Source: a virus
Lineage: Duplodnaviria; Caudoviricetes
DNA: 64,000 nucleotides
Virus record (IMG/VR): IMGVR_UViG_2724679353_000001
Span: 1-64,000 of that record
Strand: one strand, 5' to 3'
Positions 1 through 10,354 of this stretch are shown in pieces. The notes beneath the pieces were generated by a model that saw nothing but the letters and a program-made list of their open reading frames with translations, did no database searches and was not told the origin of the DNA. Position 1 is the first letter of the stretch; each line of letters begins with the position of its first letter. The translations under genes and the position numbers were made by a program.

Positions 1-31
1 CCGCACAGCCATAAGCCGAGGGATTTTAAAA
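1..31. repeat. att core, left copy (part of tRNA-Leu 3' half)
   Basis: CCGCACAGCCATAAGCCGAGGGATTTTAAAA identical to 41073-41103; nearby TCTTCCTAA (136-144) matches the arm-like repeats beside the integrase. Confidence 0.9.
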
Positions 32-159
32 TCCGTGTTTTATTTATTTAAATCATTACTTTATAGAAATAATGGGAACATGCTTACATTATGTGACATA
101 GTAATTTCAATAAGTTACACAATGGTTTTGTATCTTCTTCCTAAGCACCTTGTGAATAG

Positions 160-186
160 ACCGGGCCATTAAGCCCGGTTTTATTT
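160..186. terminator. Intrinsic terminator after the tail-fibre operon
   Basis: ACCGGGC-cattaa-GCCCGGT stem followed by a T-rich run. Confidence 0.6.
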
Positions 187-257
187 ATGCTTCAATTCAA
201 TAGGCGTCCCTGCCCACCTATCACATGCATGGACTATCGTCGAACAATTCTTATTAC

Positions 258-488
258 TTACTTTTTCTTCGTTGGGTATATTGGAACCGGCATCCCATCG
301 CGAGCAAACGCTGGCAGTGAATCATAATAAGCGATGTACCTTGGGTCATTTCCAAATACGGTACCCAAATTAGGATATACATTTGGGTCTTGCTGACAGC
401 AAAAATATGACCCAATTACTGTTTCGGTATCATCTGTAAACTGAGCATAATATTCGTCCACGTAAACCTCCTTAAAAGGTAAAACCAC
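258..488 (-). CDS. Small tail-fibre-associated protein (putative fibre chaperone)
   Basis: Overlaps the end of the tail fibre gene; last gene of the late operon. Confidence 0.5.
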   Translation of the reverse strand: MVLPFKEVYVDEYYAQFTDDTETVIGSYFCCQQDPNVYPNLGTVFGNDPRYIAYYDSLPAFARDGMPVPIYPTKKK

Positions 489-1614
489 TTACAACAATGC
501 TCATCGTCATTGTTCCCACGCTAGCTGTTGCCAAGTAATAAATAGTTTGCGGCGTAATAATAGGCAGGTCGAGAAATGCAATATGCATATCAAGGTTTGC
601 GGCGGCAGTTCCTCCGCTCATTGGTTGCTCTGCCAACCCAGACGCACTTGAAGCAACGTAGTTTTTTATAGCGGCCCCACCGCTAGTTGATGCGACGCCT
701 CTTGTTCCAGATACTGTTTTTGCATTGACAGGAACAATTGCCACCAAAGAAGTAGCTGCATATGACGCCTGTTGAGTATTGCCGTTAATCGCTATCGCAC
801 TAGTAAAAATAATCTTTCTATCCGTTTGATAGCCAATGATAAACTGACTACTCGCAGTTCTCCATATGCTAACTAGCGCTGATGCTGTGTAGCCAGATGG
901 CATATTAGCTCCGCCGTATACCTCTGGAGCCAATACTGATGTCGTATTTACCGCAAGGAGTGCAGATACTTGAGTGGTTGGGTTATAAATCGCATATAGA
1001 GCCACAAATCCCGCCGCAGGAACGGTGCCAGTATCCATGCCGCCCGTTCCAGTAGTTGCAAGGTTAATTGTCTTGCTGAAGCTGCTAAGTTTGTACTGAC
1101 GCCCACCTAAAGCCGCCTGCACTATTAATTCATCTGCCGTAAAAGTGGCTGTTGCTGATGCGGCAGTAACACTCATTCGGGAATTGCGGGATGTGCCAAT
1201 AACACCTGTCAAAAAAGCTGGTATTCCATCATTGACCGTTTTAACAGCTTTCGGCGTTGCTGCCGAAGTCTCATTTGAGCTGTTGATTGAGCTACTCAAC
1301 TGAGTTATTCCTGGTGTGGTAGTCGATGCGGCTGGTAAATTGCTATTGGCGTGCGTTTTAATCGCCAGTTCCAAGTTAGTTTGCAACTTTGCCGTATCAC
1401 CATCATCCAGAACATCCTGCCCCGAATGGCTTGCAATAAACTGAGCAAGCACAGAAGCCACAAATGATGACTGACGCCACACAGTATTAAGTTGTTCAGA
1501 CCTTGCCACCCCAGAGACAAAACCACCGCTACGAGCTGGAAGCGCCTCATAATCAGCATAAGGAATAACGTTTGCACCTGCACTGATCCCAAAAGGAAGA
1601 ATTTGATTAGACAT
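472..1614 (-). CDS. Tail fibre protein
   Basis: Follows baseplate genes; ASTTTPGITQLSS...AATPKAVK fibre repeat; T/A/S/G-rich. Confidence 0.85.
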   Translation of the reverse strand: MSNQILPFGISAGANVIPYADYEALPARSGGFVSGVARSEQLNTVWRQSSFVASVLAQFIASHSGQDVLDDGDTAKLQTNLELAIKTHANSNLPAASTTTPGITQLSSSINSSNETSAATPKAVKTVNDGIPAFLTGVIGTSRNSRMSVTAASATATFTADELIVQAALGGRQYKLSSFSKTINLATTGTGGMDTGTVPAAGFVALYAIYNPTTQVSALLAVNTTSVLAPEVYGGANMPSGYTASALVSIWRTASSQFIIGYQTDRKIIFTSAIAINGNTQQASYAATSLVAIVPVNAKTVSGTRGVASTSGGAAIKNYVASSASGLAEQPMSGGTAAANLDMHIAFLDLPIITPQTIYYLATASVGTMTMSIVVSGFTF

Positions 1615-2281
1615 TTGTTGCCCTTAATGGTGAACCCCAGGATGCACTATCGAATCCTCGGGAATATTCGTTATCTAAATCGAAGCCAAATAACGCGCCG
1701 GCCTCAGTTGAAATGATGTAATTCGTGACACCAACACCAGCCGGTTTAACGTCTAAATATCCTTGTGCAATAACCGCTCGCATCACTGATGAGATTTGCT
1801 CACCTGTAATGTAAACAGTCATGGTCATGTCGAAGTTATCGACGGCGAATATCTTGGTGCGCCCGTCAGGGAAAATACTTTGATAAATATCGCTGAGGGT
1901 TTCGACTGTACCGTCCCAGTGATTAGCCTGTATCTTTGCCCGAAGTATCGTGCGGTAAGTCTCATCGTCCAATCGAGTGAAGCCTGTTAACGAGTCATAT
2001 GGCCCTTTCCAACTCCCCAGATCAAATCCAAGCCCCTCGGTATCCAGCGAGAAATACACATCGGTGATTGGCGTTCTGATGTTTCGCCCAATACCTACCC
2101 ATAGCCCGACCGCATCCTCTTGATTGCCTATTGAGCTATCGAGGTCAAAGTCGTTTGTGAGTTGATTTGTCGTCTGCTGGATACCGAGGAACGGTGCGGT
2201 GATTAGGGATATATGATCGTAAAACTTCGGCTTCTTTTTGTGATATGGCGTGATGAGACGTTGATATTTAGTCTCGCTCAT
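1607..2281 (-). CDS. Baseplate wedge protein (DUF2612-like)
   Basis: Lies between baseplate J and fibre; LDDETYRTILRAKI..NHWDGT motif; probable start MSETKY. Confidence 0.75.
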   Translation of the reverse strand: MSETKYQRLITPYHKKKPKFYDHISLITAPFLGIQQTTNQLTNDFDLDSSIGNQEDAVGLWVGIGRNIRTPITDVYFSLDTEGLGFDLGSWKGPYDSLTGFTRLDDETYRTILRAKIQANHWDGTVETLSDIYQSIFPDGRTKIFAVDNFDMTMTVYITGEQISSVMRAVIAQGYLDVKPAGVGVTNYIISTEAGALFGFDLDNEYSRGFDSASWGSPLRATNV

Positions 2282-3468
2282 TAGGTCACCACTAAGGTTA
2301 TATTCTCCGGCACACAAGCTGCTGCGTTGTTAAATGCTATCTCAATGTTGTTTTCAGATAGCGCCACAGGAGAAATGCCGATTTCCAACAAAGTAATATC
2401 GTAAGTCAGCCGTTCAATGCTGCCATTTAATTGCGCAGGTAGATCAAGCCGCTTAATACGTACCGGCTCGCCAATTTCTATTTCATTAATATATTCCGCT
2501 ATTGAGTTTTTAATAGCGGTACCGATTGATGAGGTATAGCCCTGTAGCGCCTTAATTTCTAACCGTACGTAAACTATTACGGTACCTTTGCGGAAGAAGT
2601 TAATCGGGTGAACAATCCCATACTTATCCGTAATCGGGATTGTAGTGGTACCATACGTCCCTGAACCAGGCCCCTTTTTCAGTGCAATGGCTTGTGCAAT
2701 TTGTGTCGCGTCACCACCATCAACTACGATGGAGATCGAGTGACTGGGTATTCCATTGCCATCGGTAATGCTTGTGTCGTTCTCATAGCCGCGATACCGC
2801 TCAACGCCACTGATGCCCGCGATAGCCCCTAAGATACCATCCAGCACCGTGCGCGAAGGCAGCGCCACTGAGTCAGTTTGTCTGGCGCGTAATTCTGCAT
2901 CCCTTTCTACGGGCTTGCCCGGCGTGGCCCCGGTTGGGTTATTAACGCTTAACCAGCCCCGCGTCGGCGTCGCGATCTCTTTTACGGTATTGGCTAGTGC
3001 GACGATTGCACCCGGTTCCGAGCAAATTGCTGTCGCTGTTGCCGTTCCATCCAGACCAATAATCACGCTGGCCGGTAAATCCCAGCGGATACCATCAGCA
3101 TCACGCACAGCCCCGTTGGTAATCGCCAGCCCGACATTGCCGGTGATCAGTACATCAACGGTTGAATGGGTTTCCTTGCTGCGCTTAATACCATTAATTT
3201 TCACATTACTGGAAAGGCCATTCCCGACTGCGGTTGCCGGAGAGAATGAGTTATAAACAGCAATGGAGCTATTGTTCGCGTCGTGGATTGCCAGCGCATA
3301 AATACTGACCATCTGCCCATCCTTACTATCAGCATCCAAATAGCTGTCATTGCCGTAAATCTCTTGGAAATAACTGACCAGAGTGCTACGGATAGTCTCA
3401 AAATCGGGCGCAGTTATCCCCGTAGCGCTGACAATTGCATTCAGCCCTAACGTATCAAGGTTTAACAT
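2281..3468 (-). CDS. Baseplate J/gp47-like protein
   Basis: 395 aa; ERDAELRARQ motif; synteny. Confidence 0.85.
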   Translation of the reverse strand: MLNLDTLGLNAIVSATGITAPDFETIRSTLVSYFQEIYGNDSYLDADSKDGQMVSIYALAIHDANNSSIAVYNSFSPATAVGNGLSSNVKINGIKRSKETHSTVDVLITGNVGLAITNGAVRDADGIRWDLPASVIIGLDGTATATAICSEPGAIVALANTVKEIATPTRGWLSVNNPTGATPGKPVERDAELRARQTDSVALPSRTVLDGILGAIAGISGVERYRGYENDTSITDGNGIPSHSISIVVDGGDATQIAQAIALKKGPGSGTYGTTTIPITDKYGIVHPINFFRKGTVIVYVRLEIKALQGYTSSIGTAIKNSIAEYINEIEIGEPVRIKRLDLPAQLNGSIERLTYDITLLEIGISPVALSENNIEIAFNNAAACVPENITLVVT

Positions 3469-3822
3469 TTATGCCTCGCTGGCAACGGTGGTGGTGCCGT
3501 AAATAGTGTCTATTGTTGCGGTGAAAGTGACGCGCCGATTTTCGCCGGTATAGCTGGCTTCAAATTCCAGAATTGCGCTAACGCCCTGCGTATCAAGAAT
3601 ACGCTCACGGATAGCCAGGATATAAACATCAGACCGTTGCTTACCGAGTACCGACTGAATATAAGGTGTACCCTCAGTTAAATCTAAAAACCACTGGCCG
3701 CGCCATAATTCAAAGCGGGTTTTTACCGCCTGAGCGACCGCCTCCGGTGAGTTGATAAGGAATGTGTTATCACCCTGACCGAATGTGTAATCGCCGTTCT
3801 CGTCCTCTCTGCGATAGCGCAT
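3469..3822 (-). CDS. Baseplate wedge / sheath initiator (gp46/gp25-like)
   Basis: GQWFLDLTEGTPY motif; position between spike and J. Confidence 0.7.
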   Translation of the reverse strand: MRYRREDENGDYTFGQGDNTFLINSPEAVAQAVKTRFELWRGQWFLDLTEGTPYIQSVLGKQRSDVYILAIRERILDTQGVSAILEFEASYTGENRRVTFTATIDTIYGTTTVASEA

Positions 3823-3823
3823 A

Positions 3824-4561
3824 TCAATTTACCTTGCCTGAATTGCCGGTTCCTGGCTGCACTTCGTTGTGGGTGTGAGTATCGTCAATCGTCTTGCCGT
3901 TAGAGGTAAGGGTGCCGACAAACTCGATAGCGCCAGTGATTTTCGCAGAAACACCCGCCGCCGCACTCCCCACCAGCCCGCCAAGGAACGTGAACAACCC
4001 ATTAACCAGAACCTCGGCTGAGAATTCCGCTTTAGGTGTCACCACATCGAGGCCACCAGGTGCCACGATTTTAATTTTCTTGGTCGTCGGATTTATTTCA
4101 AAGTAGGTTGAGCCATCGTCACTACGGAACTGCGCGGCGCTGGTGCTGATGCCGCTAATTTTCTTTGCCTGTGACTGGGGGCCAATGATGGCGAATGCAT
4201 CCGATAAGTCATGCTGACGCTCATCAACGGTCTCCTGTATGTCACCTGATTGGTGCCAGAAATCAATGCACCGATCACCAAAAATCAATAAGCACTCATC
4301 CCCTGCTTTAATGGGGAATGTCATGGTGACGCCACCGCCACGCGGGAATACAACCGGAACGTTAGTTAGCACAGAGAGGTTTGTTGATTCCCCACCTGAT
4401 TCACCTTTAATGCCGATCTGAATGTCGCAAGTCACACTGTCAGCATCAAAGAACTGAACAATCCCCGGCATCGATACTCGCAATTGAGACGATACTGATG
4501 ATTGTAATGTTCGTAGTGTTTCGGCTAATTCTCCCGAGCGGGAGTCTGTTGATACCGTCAT
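3824..4561 (-). CDS. Baseplate central spike (Gp138-like)
   Basis: N-terminal OB-like region VPVVFPRGGG; C-terminal HTH (His-x-His) iron-binding tip. Confidence 0.85.
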   Translation of the reverse strand: MTVSTDSRSGELAETLRTLQSSVSSQLRVSMPGIVQFFDADSVTCDIQIGIKGESGGESTNLSVLTNVPVVFPRGGGVTMTFPIKAGDECLLIFGDRCIDFWHQSGDIQETVDERQHDLSDAFAIIGPQSQAKKISGISTSAAQFRSDDGSTYFEINPTTKKIKIVAPGGLDVVTPKAEFSAEVLVNGLFTFLGGLVGSAAAGVSAKITGAIEFVGTLTSNGKTIDDTHTHNEVQPGTGNSGKVN

Positions 4562-4575
4562 GAAAAAACTCCAAT

Positions 4576-4641
4576 AAAAAACCCAGCACTGAGGCTGGGC
4601 TATGGATTTCAGAAAGTAATAACCCGCCGAGGCGGGTTTTA
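4576..4641 (-). terminator. Two tandem terminator hairpins closing the HEPN moron
   Basis: CCCAGC..GCTGGG and AACCCGCC-ga-GGCGGGTT stems flanked by A/T runs. Confidence 0.6.
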
Positions 4642-4656
4642 TTGGCTAGTCTATAT

Positions 4657-5058
4657 TTACACGACTTTCGACTTTTTAAGCGTTTTCCACTCATTCAGAA
4701 AATCTTCTGCCGACTTTATTGCCACTTCAGCAATAGTGTCTGTTATATCTATTGATTGAAGGTCATAGTCAGCTTCATGTCTAGCTTTCCTTTGCTGATT
4801 TAATTGATAACCCAGCAGTTTCATTTTGTAAGCATCATAAGGCTCTAGTTTATTTTCAGCCTTACTTGCAAGATAGCCGATAAGATTTGAGTGCTGGCTA
4901 CCTGAATAACTAGGCAAACAAGTAAGTGAGGCCCGTGCCTCGTGATACATAGCATAATAAGATCGAGAGACTGAATTTCTAAAGTCCACTTCCGTGCTAA
5001 GCGCGAAGCATCTTTTGGCCGACTCAAGAAAGTCATTACTATTTATAGACATATGCAA
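4657..5058 (-). CDS. HEPN-domain protein (UPF0332-like)
   Basis: SRSYYAMYH and RHEADY motifs typical of small HEPN proteins; AT-rich moron. Confidence 0.75.
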   Translation of the reverse strand: MHMSINSNDFLESAKRCFALSTEVDFRNSVSRSYYAMYHEARASLTCLPSYSGSQHSNLIGYLASKAENKLEPYDAYKMKLLGYQLNQQRKARHEADYDLQSIDITDTIAEVAIKSAEDFLNEWKTLKKSKVV

Positions 5059-5809
5059 CCCCAGGCTTTTGGTTTCTATCTGGAGTAAATCGAGCTATTA
5101 AATTACAACCATCAAGACCATCTTCTAAACATATGGCCTCAGCTAGCTTCTTATTCATCTCAACGACCATATCAGCATCCTTAGTATCTATGTCGATGAC
5201 ATAGTCACCACCATTTCTACCGCTGACTTCAACCTTTGAACTAGGCATAGAGTATTGCCCCATAATCTTATGGGCAATCAAACCTATCAGTTCAAACTGC
5301 GCTGGGGTGCAACCTGATTTTTCGTATGCACTGTATAAATCATTCAATACATCTTCTTTATGCTTTACTGCCATATCTCTACCTTCATCGTCGGATATGA
5401 GCCTAATGTGCTTATCCATAAATTCACCGCACAATGATGTGTAACCAAAGCTGTAAGCAAATGAGGCGGCATTAAAGGTTAACCATTTAGAGCTGTACTT
5501 ATCTGCAAAATCATAAATTACACTATGAATCTTTTTAAAATCTTGATTACGAAATAAAAGAGAACAATAGAGTGTTGCAAAGTTAACATCTGCATACTGG
5601 AGCCATGACTCCATTGACTCAATTGCCATGTCCAATTTATCGAAAGTTGCGTAAGCAAGAGCCATGGTTGCAATAGCTTGCGGGGAGTTAATCCCTTTCA
5701 TTTCGTTCTTAATGGTATGAAAATGTATCTCATCAATTTCAAGTTTTGCGTGATACTTTTCTAAAAGCTCATCAAACCGCTCATCTACCTTCAGTCTCGG
5801 CGAGGCCAC
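5039..5809 (-). CDS. Uncharacterised helical protein, partner of the HEPN gene
   Basis: 256-aa AT-rich ORF overlapping the HEPN start; own upstream intergenic region. Confidence 0.7.
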   Translation of the reverse strand: MASPRLKVDERFDELLEKYHAKLEIDEIHFHTIKNEMKGINSPQAIATMALAYATFDKLDMAIESMESWLQYADVNFATLYCSLLFRNQDFKKIHSVIYDFADKYSSKWLTFNAASFAYSFGYTSLCGEFMDKHIRLISDDEGRDMAVKHKEDVLNDLYSAYEKSGCTPAQFELIGLIAHKIMGQYSMPSSKVEVSGRNGGDYVIDIDTKDADMVVEMNKKLAEAICLEDGLDGCNLIARFTPDRNQKPGVAYVYK

Positions 5810-6011
5810 TTGTCATACCTTAATCGAACAAAATTTGAGTTCAGTGTATTATCTAGATCAGATTCGATCAATAAAAATGCCAGCAAAAAAGGCGAGCAGT
5901 CATACAGTTTAGTCTATTTTGCTAGCATTTATTTCTTATAAAGCCTTATGAAGCTGCCCACAGCTTTGTTCTGCCAGCAGATATGATTAAAGTGCCAAAA
6001 TGAACCTAAAA

Positions 6012-6038
6012 ACAAAAAACCCGCGCATTGGCGGGTTC
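6012..6038 (-). terminator. Intrinsic terminator
   Basis: AACCCGC-gcattg-GCGGGTT with A-run (U-tail on minus strand). Confidence 0.65.
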
Positions 6039-6059
6039 AGGTGAGGCTAAGCTACTTAG

Positions 6060-6386
6060 CTAACTGACTTTCTTGCAGGGGAATGAACCTATAATTTTAG
6101 GTGCATCCATGCTGTTTTGTAGAAGTTGGACATTTAGAAAGGCTTTACCATCACGCTTGATAAACTGGAAGCCGTACATGTTGCCGTCGCGGGCAGGCAT
6201 TAAAGCCATATCCATTTTCATCTGCGTATCATCACCTTTAGCCCCAAGGTACGTGATTTTTTGTGAGGTAACAGTTTCACCATTAATTACTGTCATGCCA
6301 TCACCAGTGAGACGATAGCCGCCGCACTGAATAGCTGCTGACGCTGGTAACACGATGAATAATATTAGTACCCACAAAAATCTCAT
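6060..6386 (-). CDS. Small exported protein
   Basis: Signal peptide MRFLWVLILFIVLPASA; two Cys; start overlaps the hub stop. Confidence 0.7.
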   Translation of the reverse strand: MRFLWVLILFIVLPASAAIQCGGYRLTGDGMTVINGETVTSQKITYLGAKGDDTQMKMDMALMPARDGNMYGFQFIKRDGKAFLNVQLLQNSMDAPKIIGSFPCKKVS

Positions 6387-7399
6387 TACAGTCCCCTTTC
6401 TCTCGATGCATTAGTTACCAAATCCTTAGCCCCACGCGCCTCACACATCATATCCATATAAAATGGGTTGCCGCGCGTATCGCCAGTATAGCTAATACCT
6501 CTGACGATATACACTCCATCGGTCGCAATGCTGGCCGGTGGGTTAACAAGGCCGTTTACGGTCACGTTGCCATTATCGTTTTGATCTTCAAGCCTGCCGC
6601 CTGACATCTGAACATCGCGGCTGGAAAGCGTCGCGCGATAGACTGATTCCTGATTTAACTGAATAAGCCCATTTAACCGAATGTTAGGGTTGATCAGGCT
6701 GCGAGCGTTAACGCCAGATCCAATGGTTTGTTGTGGCATGCCAATCAATCCGGTGTTGCTGTTTAGCACAATAGCTTCATGCACATACTTATCATTTGGC
6801 ACCATATCAACTTTGCCATTCACAAACTGCCATGTGGATTTGCATTGCTTGGCGACGTTATCCAAATAATCCCGTGTCATGCCGTACATGGTTTTACCGC
6901 GTGGGAATACCGTGGGCGGCATTTCAGGCATGATCCCCTGTGTTATGCCGAACGGGGCAAGGTTGCGCATCAAAAGGTTATTGATATCGGCCACGGTATA
7001 ACCCGCCGCTACTGTTTGGTTTATGGTGGCGTTAATAAATGCGTTATGACCATCAATAGCCTGAATCAGGATAAAGGTATCCGTGGGACTATCTCTGCCC
7101 GTTATCGTGTACCGAATATCACCCGAGAAAATCTCACCGAAATTCGCCTCTTCTTTTTGCCCGTCTGGCGAGGTTGAACCATCATAACCGGCGATCAATC
7201 TTAACTTTGAAAACTCGGTGCCAGTGATCCGGTTCACGGTATTTTGTGACAGATTATAAATTTTGAAGATAGCCACGCGCGGGAATGAAGTGTTGTACCA
7301 CTCAATATTAAAGGTCACTTTAAAATCAGTGAAATTAATCCCCTTACCTTCGTTATCCAATAGCATCAATTCAAAGTGGCGAATCCAGTTCTTACTCAT
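6386..7399 (-). CDS. Baseplate hub protein
   Basis: 337 aa; IYNLS, LIAGY, TGLIGMP and GDTRG motifs; synteny. Confidence 0.75.
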   Translation of the reverse strand: MSKNWIRHFELMLLDNEGKGINFTDFKVTFNIEWYNTSFPRVAIFKIYNLSQNTVNRITGTEFSKLRLIAGYDGSTSPDGQKEEANFGEIFSGDIRYTITGRDSPTDTFILIQAIDGHNAFINATINQTVAAGYTVADINNLLMRNLAPFGITQGIMPEMPPTVFPRGKTMYGMTRDYLDNVAKQCKSTWQFVNGKVDMVPNDKYVHEAIVLNSNTGLIGMPQQTIGSGVNARSLINPNIRLNGLIQLNQESVYRATLSSRDVQMSGGRLEDQNDNGNVTVNGLVNPPASIATDGVYIVRGISYTGDTRGNPFYMDMMCEARGAKDLVTNASRERGL

Positions 7400-7452
7400 G
7401 AAAACCTCATAAAAAAACCCGCTCGATGACGGGTTAAGTTGCGTGAGTTGAT

Positions 7453-7761
7453 TTAGCTATTCTGCACAAAATATAAATGGCTACCGGTGCCAAGGTTGGC
7501 TTTTGTCGGGTACTCCTCGCGGCTATCATCGCTGAGCACAGCAAGAACGCCACTGATACCCAAATCAGGATATTGCTCCAGCAGGTCAACGCCGACCACC
7601 AGCGGAACGCCGCAAAGCAGATCAGCGCCGCCGCTATCTCTCACGTCCATTATCCAGCCCGCGACATCACGATAGACCAGGCGCAGGTTAAGTGAGATTT
7701 CACCAAGGGTGATATTGAAAAACTGATTATTGGCCGTTAACGGGATTTCTTGAACATTCAT
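7453..7761 (-). CDS. Baseplate plug-like protein
   Basis: GVPLVVGVDLLEQY motif; synteny. Confidence 0.65.
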   Translation of the reverse strand: MNVQEIPLTANNQFFNITLGEISLNLRLVYRDVAGWIMDVRDSGGADLLCGVPLVVGVDLLEQYPDLGISGVLAVLSDDSREEYPTKANLGTGSHLYFVQNS

Positions 7762-8339
7762 TTAAAGTTCTCCGTTACCCAATCAAGACCAGATTTTAAC
7801 AGTGAATTGTTTGCTGGGGCCGGTGCTTTGGTGCCGGTATTTTGCATAGCCGAAGTGCTTACCCCTTCCTGCATGTTTTCTTTGTCGGCCACTTTGACCG
7901 ATTCAGTTTGAGACATAATCACTTCACGCAGTGTTAGAACGCACATCAACACATTTTCACTGGTTTTATCGGTTGTGACCTCAATGCCACGGATCAGCAT
8001 GTTGCTGTACTTTCGCTTACCGGTAATGACATCGAATGGCTGTCTACTTTCCTGCAACTCACGGAGTTCTTGATAGACCTCCTCCGGGCTTTTGCCAAGG
8101 CTTAGCCCTATGGTTGAAGTATCCACGAAATCCAGTAATGAACCACCACCCGCAAAACCCACCTCCATTGTCACCTCAGCGGCACGTTTGTAGGCGTGAT
8201 CGTTAACTGCGGCCCCTACTTCAACGGGGTGCTCGGTTATCTCCAGTGCGTCTTGATGCTTTTCAGAGATAATCACACTGGGTACCAGCAACCCAATTTT
8301 TCGCGTTTGCTGCCGGAAGATGGCAGAAAGAATATCCAT
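7758..8339 (-). CDS. Distal tail / tube initiator-like baseplate protein
   Basis: ITEHPVEVG..VNDHA motif; directly after the tape measure gene. Confidence 0.7.
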   Translation of the reverse strand: MDILSAIFRQQTRKIGLLVPSVIISEKHQDALEITEHPVEVGAAVNDHAYKRAAEVTMEVGFAGGGSLLDFVDTSTIGLSLGKSPEEVYQELRELQESRQPFDVITGKRKYSNMLIRGIEVTTDKTSENVLMCVLTLREVIMSQTESVKVADKENMQEGVSTSAMQNTGTKAPAPANNSLLKSGLDWVTENFK

Positions 8340-8347
8340 TCACCCTC

Positions 8348-10354
8348 CTATCGGGTTGGTGTACTTAATTGCTGAGTGAGCCTTGCATTGACGTTGGTCT
8401 GCCTGCCAGCGACTTCATTACCTGCTGATACCGGATCAGAAACACCCGTGATGTAGATGTTCGTTTCCTGCTGCAATCCACCACCCGGCATATTACTGCG
8501 CACTTTGGGAATGTAATTGCGGGTTTCTCGGGGCATCAGGTCTAAGCCGTGCTTCTGAACATTGCCGATCCCCCAGTTATAGGAGGCCAGCGCCTTATCC
8601 AAATCCCCTCCATTCATCTTAAGGAGCATGCTGAGATATTTCGCGGCGGCTGCGGCTGATTTCTCTGGGTCGAAAACATCATTACCCTTAAGCCCCATAT
8701 CTTTTGCTGTAGGGTCCATAAACTGGAATAACCCCTTAGCTCCTGCACCAGAGATAGCGAACTGATTACCGGCAGACTCCGTTATTGCCACACTGCGCAA
8801 TAAACCCGCTGGCAGATTATTTAATGCCTCCAGCTTTGTAAGCGTGGGTTGCAGCCAGCCTAAAAGACTTGCGCCTGACGCTGATGCTGTTGGCCTTTTA
8901 ACTGACTGACCATATTGCACAGGATCTGTCCCGTTATTTTCACCGCGTAACCAGCGGCCAACGCTTCTCGGGTCAAAGCCAGTTTTATCTTTAACCCAAT
9001 CGGCAGCGCTATTCCCGAGGTCGGTTACGACTGGCATTGCATCCGGCTGATCACCGCCCTGACTAAGTAGCGCTTTTCCTATCCTGGACACCTCACCCCA
9101 ATTGCCCTCTTTCAATGCATTAATCAGATCGCCGATCATTGATAACATCTTGCCGAACTCGCCGAACTGCTTCGTCAGGTTCTCGATATCGCCTTTTAGC
9201 GTCCAGTTTTTCAGATTAATGTTGAGTAGCCGGGCAATCTCAACGCCGACACCTTTAATGGAATTCGTTAGCTCATCTATCCCCTTGAGCGCAGCGTTTA
9301 TCTCTGGTTCCCACTGACCCCAGTCAATCAGGCTATTCCCGCCCTCTTTCCATGCTTTATAGTCGTCGTACAGGGCAAAGAGCGCCGCACCCAGCGAGAG
9401 CACAATACCCACTGGTGACGTTAGGAACGCTGTATTGAGTAAACGCCATGCCACCAACAAGCCGCCAAACAACATAATGAGTTGCTGCGTTATCGGGTCT
9501 AGCTTTTTAAACCAGTTGATGACGTCACCGACCGCCTGACCGGTGCGCCATAATACGCGCGAGACGGCATCCCCCGCCCAGAGAATGCCCCTGATGACTT
9601 TCATCAATACCGCTTCAATTTTCGGCCAGTTATCCAGCAGCTGCTTGCGCAGAGAATCAATATCCCCTGCCAGCCCATCCGCCAGATTTGAACCGATTTT
9701 GTCTCGCGCCTGACCGAGTGTCATCGAAAGATCACGCATGGACGTCATGAAGCGGTTAGATTGTTTGGCAGCAACTTCAGCATTAAAGCCGATCTTTTTA
9801 GCGGTTAGCGCATACTCAGTGCTGAACTGCCCCAGCCCCTGGCGCATTGCCATCAGCGTGTTTTCATCAATACCCAACATCTGCGCGTATTGGTTGGCGC
9901 GGTAATACGGCATGCTGCTCAGTTTTGAGCTAAGGCCGGTAAAGATGGCCGATGTATCGCGCATACTGCCGTTCGCGCTACGGGTCTGAATACCCAGCCG
10001 ATTCAGAAAGCCCTCGGCCCCCGGACTGTTACGGATAAATCGGGCGAGGCTTTCGAGTGAGCCTTGCGCTGACGCGGCATCTACGCCCAGTTGCGAGGCG
10101 GCATAACCCAGCGCCTTAATACCCGCTACCGATGCGCCGGTGCGCTGAGAAGCGAAGTAAACCTTATCCAACCCACTGGCAATTTTGGTCGTAAAGCCAA
10201 CAACGGCCAGCGCCGCCCCTTCGACCACTGCGCCCATCTTCAGCACATTGGCCGTGACGCCAGCGACCACAGCGGAGAATTTCTTCTCCCCCGCCTCATC
10301 CAGTTCAAAGCCAAGACTGACCAGGAAATCCTTAATGGTTTCAGCGTTGCTCAT
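8348..10354 (-). CDS. Tape measure protein with C-terminal lytic transglycosylase (SLT) domain
   Basis: 668 aa helical; TES, GAKGLFQFM and ALASYNWG SLT motifs. Confidence 0.88.
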   Translation of the reverse strand: MSNAETIKDFLVSLGFELDEAGEKKFSAVVAGVTANVLKMGAVVEGAALAVVGFTTKIASGLDKVYFASQRTGASVAGIKALGYAASQLGVDAASAQGSLESLARFIRNSPGAEGFLNRLGIQTRSANGSMRDTSAIFTGLSSKLSSMPYYRANQYAQMLGIDENTLMAMRQGLGQFSTEYALTAKKIGFNAEVAAKQSNRFMTSMRDLSMTLGQARDKIGSNLADGLAGDIDSLRKQLLDNWPKIEAVLMKVIRGILWAGDAVSRVLWRTGQAVGDVINWFKKLDPITQQLIMLFGGLLVAWRLLNTAFLTSPVGIVLSLGAALFALYDDYKAWKEGGNSLIDWGQWEPEINAALKGIDELTNSIKGVGVEIARLLNINLKNWTLKGDIENLTKQFGEFGKMLSMIGDLINALKEGNWGEVSRIGKALLSQGGDQPDAMPVVTDLGNSAADWVKDKTGFDPRSVGRWLRGENNGTDPVQYGQSVKRPTASASGASLLGWLQPTLTKLEALNNLPAGLLRSVAITESAGNQFAISGAGAKGLFQFMDPTAKDMGLKGNDVFDPEKSAAAAAKYLSMLLKMNGGDLDKALASYNWGIGNVQKHGLDLMPRETRNYIPKVRSNMPGGGLQQETNIYITGVSDPVSAGNEVAGRQTNVNARLTQQLSTPTR

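Noticed and set aside
258-1614. Tail-fibre inversion system or diversity-generating retroelement
   Set aside because: No invertase, reverse transcriptase, inverted crossover sites or template/variable repeat pair seen.
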